64,000 nt of DNA from Alphaproteobacteria bacterium. GTDB taxonomy: Bacteria; Pseudomonadota; Alphaproteobacteria; UBA828. The position numbers were made by a program, and so were the translations under genes. The notes under the pieces were generated by a model, which worked only from the letters and a program-made list of their open reading frames with translations, was not told the origin of the DNA and did not search any database. Positions 59,431 to 64,000 of this stretch are shown one piece after another. The stretch is from the NCBI GenBank assembly GCA_965237415.1, contig CBDEFM010000001.1:352001-416000 (forward strand), in the 5' to 3' direction. How positions within the stretch are numbered: the first letter of the stretch is position 1; the number at the start of each line of letters is the position of its first letter.

Positions 59431-59540
59431 TGATCGCTTGGGCAACCCTTTGCGCCACGCTGCAAGCCTCGTCGCTGCTTCCGTCACTGTCAATCCGAGG
59501 CGGTCGAGGCACACGCGCCGCGTGATCCTCGATGTAAGAG
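59422..59540 (-). pseudogene. Possible HigA-like HTH antitoxin fragment
   Basis: RRVCLDRLGLTVTEAATRL resembles the HigA N-terminus; no start codon or partner gene. Confidence 0.3.
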
Positions 59541-59957
59541 CTGAATTCACTGTTATAGCGGTCGCGAATTGATCGTAACGCCCGGAAGCGGGGCCAGCTT
59601 GGCCTCGAAATGAACGCGGCGGCGAGGGCGCTCGACTCAATTTCAGCTTACTTTGTGGTTCTGGCTACGCTCCTGCGGGCCGGTCATCGCCCTCTAAGCC
59701 ACTGATCCGTATAGCTATATCTCACTATATCCCGCCAATCCAGCAAAATTCGGGCTTACTGCGTCTTATGGGTCGTTACAGACGGCACCGGCCGCGACCG
59801 AACGGCAACCACGGAATGTGGAAGAGAAGCTGTACCGGACCGCGAAGCGGGCCGGAGCGCGCGACTGCGCGCCGCGCCTTTGGCGCGAAAGCCAAACGAG
59901 CGGAGCGAGCGCCCGGCGCCTGAGGGATATATAGGGCGAGCGCCCAGCGCTCGCGCT

Positions 59958-60278
59958 CTAACGCGCGTAGCGGGCCCAGAGGGCGGCCGGGTCGGGGCGC
60001 TTCTCGTGCTTGGCGGCGGCCTCGGCGATCTCGGCCTCGCTCGGGGCGCCGTGCTCGAGCGCCTGGAAGGCGCGGACCACGGGGCCTGCACGGTTCGCGT
60101 GGCGCTTGGCGGCCATGCTGATGGGCTCGTGCAGCGCGCCCGAGCAGTGGGCGCAGGGCCAGGCCAGCCGCGCCATCAACTCAGCCGCCTCGCCGCCGGG
60201 ATAGCGCTCCAGCAGCTGCACGATGGTGGTCGAGCCGGTGATCGGCTGAGCCGCGTCAGCCGCGCCGGAGGGAGACAC
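59958..60278 (-). CDS. DUF1858-like CxxC small protein
   Basis: ITGSTTIVQLLERYP..AELMARLAWPCAHCSGA..EPISMAAKRH. Confidence 0.6.
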   Translation of the reverse strand: MSPSGAADAAQPITGSTTIVQLLERYPGGEAAELMARLAWPCAHCSGALHEPISMAAKRHANRAGPVVRAFQALEHGAPSEAEIAEAAAKHEKRPDPAALWARYAR

Positions 60279-60288
60279 GGCGCCCGCC

Positions 60289-61704
60289 TTACTCCGCCGC
60301 TTGGCTCAGCGGCTCGGCCTCCATCGGCATGCGGATCGCATCGCGCGGGAGCTGGTAGCGCGCGAAGGGCAGCACCGCGACCCTGGCGTCCGGCCCGTGC
60401 CGGGTCATCGCCGCGGCGAAGGCATCCTCCAGCGAAGTTCCCGCCTCGATCCCGATATCGGCGGCCATATCGAGGTTCTCCTCCAGCGTCACCACGTGGA
60501 GGTGCTTGCGCACCATGACCTCGTAGATCGGCACCCAGATACAGCCCGCCCACATCTCGATCGTGCGGCTGTGGATGTCGCGGTAGACGCGCTCCATATT
60601 GGCCGCAGACGGCGGCATGTAGGGCTTCATCAAGTCCATGAGCGCGAGGCCCGGGAAGTCGCCGAGATGCGTCTTCACGCCGGGCGACGGGCTGCAATAG
60701 ATCAGCGTGCCGCCGTCCCGCACCAGCAGGTCGGACGACATGCAGCCCCAGCCGGTGTGGAAGAAGAGGTGATCGGTGGGCGCGAACACGCCGCAGATGC
60801 CGATATCCGCCGGGCCGCCGGCGGGGCGGTCATAGGCGTAGATGCCGTTGAAGTAGCGGATCGCCTCGAGGTGCGCGTCCGGATGAGCGCCGAAGTTGAT
60901 GAAGCAGAGACTGCCTTTCGTATCCAGCACGCTGTTGAGCGTCGCCGTGAGCCCGCACATGGTGGCGGCCTCGTCGATATCGGTCCGCATGGGGCCGGCC
61001 ATGGCGCCGTAATGGGTCTTGGGCGACATCACGAAGGCGCAGTGGTTCGATTCGATGGTCTCGTCCGAGACCACGCCGGGCAGGATCAGCTTGCCGCCCC
61101 CGCCGGCTCCCCAATGGTTGGACTGCGCCTGGCCCATGGAGAGCGTCACATCGGACTTCGCGACCTCCTTGTGCAGCCAGACCGGCGTGCCGCCCGTGGT
61201 CATGCCGATGAAGACGTATTGATCGGGGTCGCGCGGCTCGTTCTGGAAGAAGGGGATCCCGAGCCGCTCCATGCGCGCGAGGTTCTCCCGCCCCAGCTTG
61301 AGCTCGGTGTCGCGCTCCGACATGGGGAAGATCTTGCCGTTGGCGCAGACGACGCGCGCCTCCTTGATGCCGTGCGCCTCGATGGCGTCCAGCACCGCCG
61401 GCAGCAGCTTTGAGGTCGGCGTCGGGCGGAACTGGTTGTCGATGATGATGGCGAGGCTCTTGTCCGGCCCGATCATCTCGGAGAACGCGGGCCCCGAATG
61501 CGGCGTCTCCAGCGCGGCCGCGCAGGCCCGGGTGGGGTTCGCGATGGGCGCGGGCTCATCAGGGAAGAGCGCCGCCATAAGGTTGGCCTCGGGGATGTCG
61601 AGGGTCAGCGTCTCCCGATAGACCATGGACGGATCGTCGACCGAGCCGATGGTGAGCGGATCGAGGGATTCGTAGGGGATCACCGCGCGATAGGTGTCGG
61701 ACAT
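60289..61704 (-). CDS. LarA-superfamily (nickel-pincer, DUF2088) enzyme, divergent
   Basis: IIIDNQFRPTP, GGGGKLILPGV and ETIESNH; GGGAGG RBS. Confidence 0.75.
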   Translation of the reverse strand: MSDTYRAVIPYESLDPLTIGSVDDPSMVYRETLTLDIPEANLMAALFPDEPAPIANPTRACAAALETPHSGPAFSEMIGPDKSLAIIIDNQFRPTPTSKLLPAVLDAIEAHGIKEARVVCANGKIFPMSERDTELKLGRENLARMERLGIPFFQNEPRDPDQYVFIGMTTGGTPVWLHKEVAKSDVTLSMGQAQSNHWGAGGGGKLILPGVVSDETIESNHCAFVMSPKTHYGAMAGPMRTDIDEAATMCGLTATLNSVLDTKGSLCFINFGAHPDAHLEAIRYFNGIYAYDRPAGGPADIGICGVFAPTDHLFFHTGWGCMSSDLLVRDGGTLIYCSPSPGVKTHLGDFPGLALMDLMKPYMPPSAANMERVYRDIHSRTIEMWAGCIWVPIYEVMVRKHLHVVTLEENLDMAADIGIEAGTSLEDAFAAAMTRHGPDARVAVLPFARYQLPRDAIRMPMEAEPLSQAAE

Positions 61705-61839
61705 CGCCGCCCTCCCGTGATTGAGCCGACCTCAGGCCGCGAAACTGGCGTTCCCGCGCCAAGCCGAGTGTAATGGAGCGAGCCGGTTAAGCACAGGGCG
61801 CCCTGGCCTCAGGCGCGCCCGCGACGGGGGGAGCGCGAC

Positions 61840-63867
61840 ATGACGGCCTATCCACGGCTTTTCTCAGAATGGAAGATTCGCAACACCACGATCAAGAACC
61901 GGGTCGTGTTCCCGCCGACCTGCCCGAGCTGGGTCTCCGACCCGTGGAACGGGCTCTTCATCGACATGGCCACCCACTATTACCGGGAGCGTGCCGAGGG
62001 CGGAGTCGGCCTCATCATCATCGGAGGGACCCATGTCCACCCGAGCTCGATCATGGCGCCGCTGCTCATGCCGCAGCTCTTCGACGACCGGCAGATCGAG
62101 CCACTGTCCCGCATCGCAGAGGCGGTCCACGCCGAGGGCTGCAAGCTCGCGATCCAGCTCTGGCATTCGGGCGTGCGGGGCTTCCCCACCCTCAAGCAGG
62201 AGGCCACTTACGACCCCGATGCGACCTGGTACTCTGTCTCGCCGAGCCAAGTGCCCTTGGGCGAGTTCCCCGGCGCATCAACGCCCAAGGAGCTGGACGA
62301 GGACGAGATCGAGGAACTGCTGGAGGCCTTCGGCAGCGCCGCGGTCCGTGCGTTCGCGGCGGGGCTCGACGGGGTCGAGCTTCATCTGAGCCACGGCTAC
62401 CTGCCCTGGCAGTTCATCTCGCCGCTTTACAACAAGCGCACCGACCGCTGGGGCGGCTCCCAGGAGAACCGCCTGCGCTTCCCCCTCGAGGCATTGAAGC
62501 GGATGCGCGCCGCCGCCGGCGACGACAAGTTCGTCGGCTACCGCATCAACTCGACCTCGTTCTGGCCGGGCGATCTCGAAATCGACGACGTGCGCAGCAT
62601 TGTCGCCGACATCGAGAAGCGGGCCGACATCGACTACGTCAACGTCTCGGCCGGCGTGCATCACGCCTTCATCCACACGCCGATGGAGTTCGAGGCGGGG
62701 TGGGAGCGGGGCTACGCCCGCAAGATTCGCGAGGTCTCGTCCAAGCCGGTGCTGCTCGTTGGCCGCATCACCACGCCGGACGTGGCCGAGCGGCTGCTGG
62801 AAGCAGGCGACGGCGACGCGATCTGCCTCGCGCGCCAGCTCTTCACCGACCCCCACTGGGCCAAGAAGGCCGCAGAGGGCCACGCCGACGATATCCGCTC
62901 ATGCGTTGCCGCCAACTTCTGCTGGAAGAGCGTGAGCCGGGGCGGGCGGGTGCAGTGCATCTATAACCCTGCGGTGGGCCGCGAGAAGGCCTGGGGCGAG
63001 GGCACGCTCGACCGGGTGGCCGAGCCCAAGTCCGTGTTGATCATCGGCGGCGGCCCGGCGGGGCTCGAATACGCGCGCATCGCTTCGGCCCGTGGCCACA
63101 ACGTGACGCTCTACGAGGCCGAGGGCGAGACCGGCGGCCATGTGCGCGTGCAGTCCCTCCTGCCGAGCCGGGCCGAGTACGGCGAAATCGGCCGCTGGCT
63201 CACGGCGCAGGCCGAGAAGAACGGCACCCGCATCGTCACCGGCGCGCCGGTGACGGAGGAGGATATCGACCAGGCGCTTGCGGAGGTGAAGCCCGACCAC
63301 GTGGTGGTGGCGACGGGCTCCGCCGTCGCCGTCGACGGCTTCCAGGGCTGGACCGGCGAGGCGTTGCCCGGCTGGGAGAGCGGCAATTGTGTCGGCTGGG
63401 ACGCCGTGGCGCAGGGACACGCCAAGCCGCGCGGCAAGGTGATGGTGCTTGACGACCTCTGCGACGTGATGGCGCCGCTCACCGCCGTCGCCTGCAAGGA
63501 TGGCGGCGCAGACGAGGTGACGCTGGTGACCCGCTGGCCCATGATCGGCATGGAGACCATCCTCGACGTCTATCTCGACTGGATCCTGCCGAAGCTTTAC
63601 CGCAGCGAGGTGGCGGTCTGCGTCGATCACTTCGTCCGCCGCATCGAAGGCAACCAGGTCACGCTCTACAACGTCCATCACGACGAAGCCGAGCGGGTTA
63701 TCGAGGCGGACTGGATCGTCATGGCGACAGGCCGGCGTTCCGTGAATTCGCTGCACGCGGCGGTTGCGGCCCGCGCCATCTCGGTCGAGACCATCGGCGA
63801 CGCCACCGCGCCCCGCAGCGCCTACGAGGCGGTCTACGAAGGCCACCGCCAAGCCCGCAAGCTATAA
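61840..63867 (+). CDS. OYE/TMADH-like NADH:flavin oxidoreductase with Fe-S and FAD domains
   Basis: KNRVVFPPTC, ERAEGGVGLII, SHGYLPWQF, NKRTDRWGGS, CVAANFC..C and IIGGGPAGLE. Confidence 0.88.
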   Translation: MTAYPRLFSEWKIRNTTIKNRVVFPPTCPSWVSDPWNGLFIDMATHYYRERAEGGVGLIIIGGTHVHPSSIMAPLLMPQLFDDRQIEPLSRIAEAVHAEGCKLAIQLWHSGVRGFPTLKQEATYDPDATWYSVSPSQVPLGEFPGASTPKELDEDEIEELLEAFGSAAVRAFAAGLDGVELHLSHGYLPWQFISPLYNKRTDRWGGSQENRLRFPLEALKRMRAAAGDDKFVGYRINSTSFWPGDLEIDDVRSIVADIEKRADIDYVNVSAGVHHAFIHTPMEFEAGWERGYARKIREVSSKPVLLVGRITTPDVAERLLEAGDGDAICLARQLFTDPHWAKKAAEGHADDIRSCVAANFCWKSVSRGGRVQCIYNPAVGREKAWGEGTLDRVAEPKSVLIIGGGPAGLEYARIASARGHNVTLYEAEGETGGHVRVQSLLPSRAEYGEIGRWLTAQAEKNGTRIVTGAPVTEEDIDQALAEVKPDHVVVATGSAVAVDGFQGWTGEALPGWESGNCVGWDAVAQGHAKPRGKVMVLDDLCDVMAPLTAVACKDGGADEVTLVTRWPMIGMETILDVYLDWILPKLYRSEVAVCVDHFVRRIEGNQVTLYNVHHDEAERVIEADWIVMATGRRSVNSLHAAVAARAISVETIGDATAPRSAYEAVYEGHRQARKL

Positions 63868-63913
63868 CCCGTCGCGTACCTGGCACACCTCATTCCAACC
63901 AAGGAGAACTGCC

Positions 63914-64000
63914 ATGCCCGCTGCCTATCTCGTCTCCACCTCGGAGGTGACCGATCCGGAACTGATGCAGGAGTATGTCGAGAAGGCAGGCCCGACAGGC
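63914..64000 (+). CDS. DUF1330-like protein, partial
   Basis: AAGGAG RBS; MPAAYLVSTSEVTDPELMQEYVEKAGP. Confidence 0.55.
   Translation, partial: MPAAYLVSTSEVTDPELMQEYVEKAGPTG

Overview
High-GC, probably alphaproteobacterial window in four parts. (1) 1-16.3 kb: a minus-strand ICE/plasmid 'leading-region'-type gene run: strawberry-notch methylase/helicase, DUF2958, small hypotheticals, a tRNA-like ncRNA, a GHKL ATPase, a ParB-like protein, a MoxR AAA + DUF3150-like + DUF2201/vWA triad and a frameshifted PAPS-reductase-family gene. (2) 16.6-30.5 kb: accessory/defence cargo: HU-like gene, Sir2-HerA, an Mrr-like nuclease, a merA-less merR/merT/merP/GDCCVxC module bracketed by ~163-bp imperfect direct repeats, a tyrosine integrase, an ApeA-like HEPN protein and three tandem RHH genes. 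(3) 30.6-56.7 kb: a purine-catabolism cluster (uraH-xdhABC-ABC/BMP-puuD-uraD-guaD), then a GntR/M24-peptidase pair divergent from an ABC + hydantoinase/oxoprolinase A/B + putA operon. (4) 56.8-64 kb: nested IS scars (IS21 end, IS110 remnant with a structured leader, IS630), a PLD-helicase pseudogene, and a LarA-like/DUF1858-like pair divergent from an OYE/TMADH-like flavoprotein. The most unusual signals are: the ParB-like protein ends in an FtsZ C-terminal-peptide look-alike (DDALEIPEFLRRVH); a 104-nt CCA-ending tRNA-like element with a degenerate anticodon arm; a MoxR/vWA system with altered catalytic motifs; repeats built on the tyrosine-recombinase HxLRH-coding sequence; and a possible proline-lactam/cyclic-dipeptide catabolic operon. 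All family calls come from motif recognition by eye; no database searches were run.
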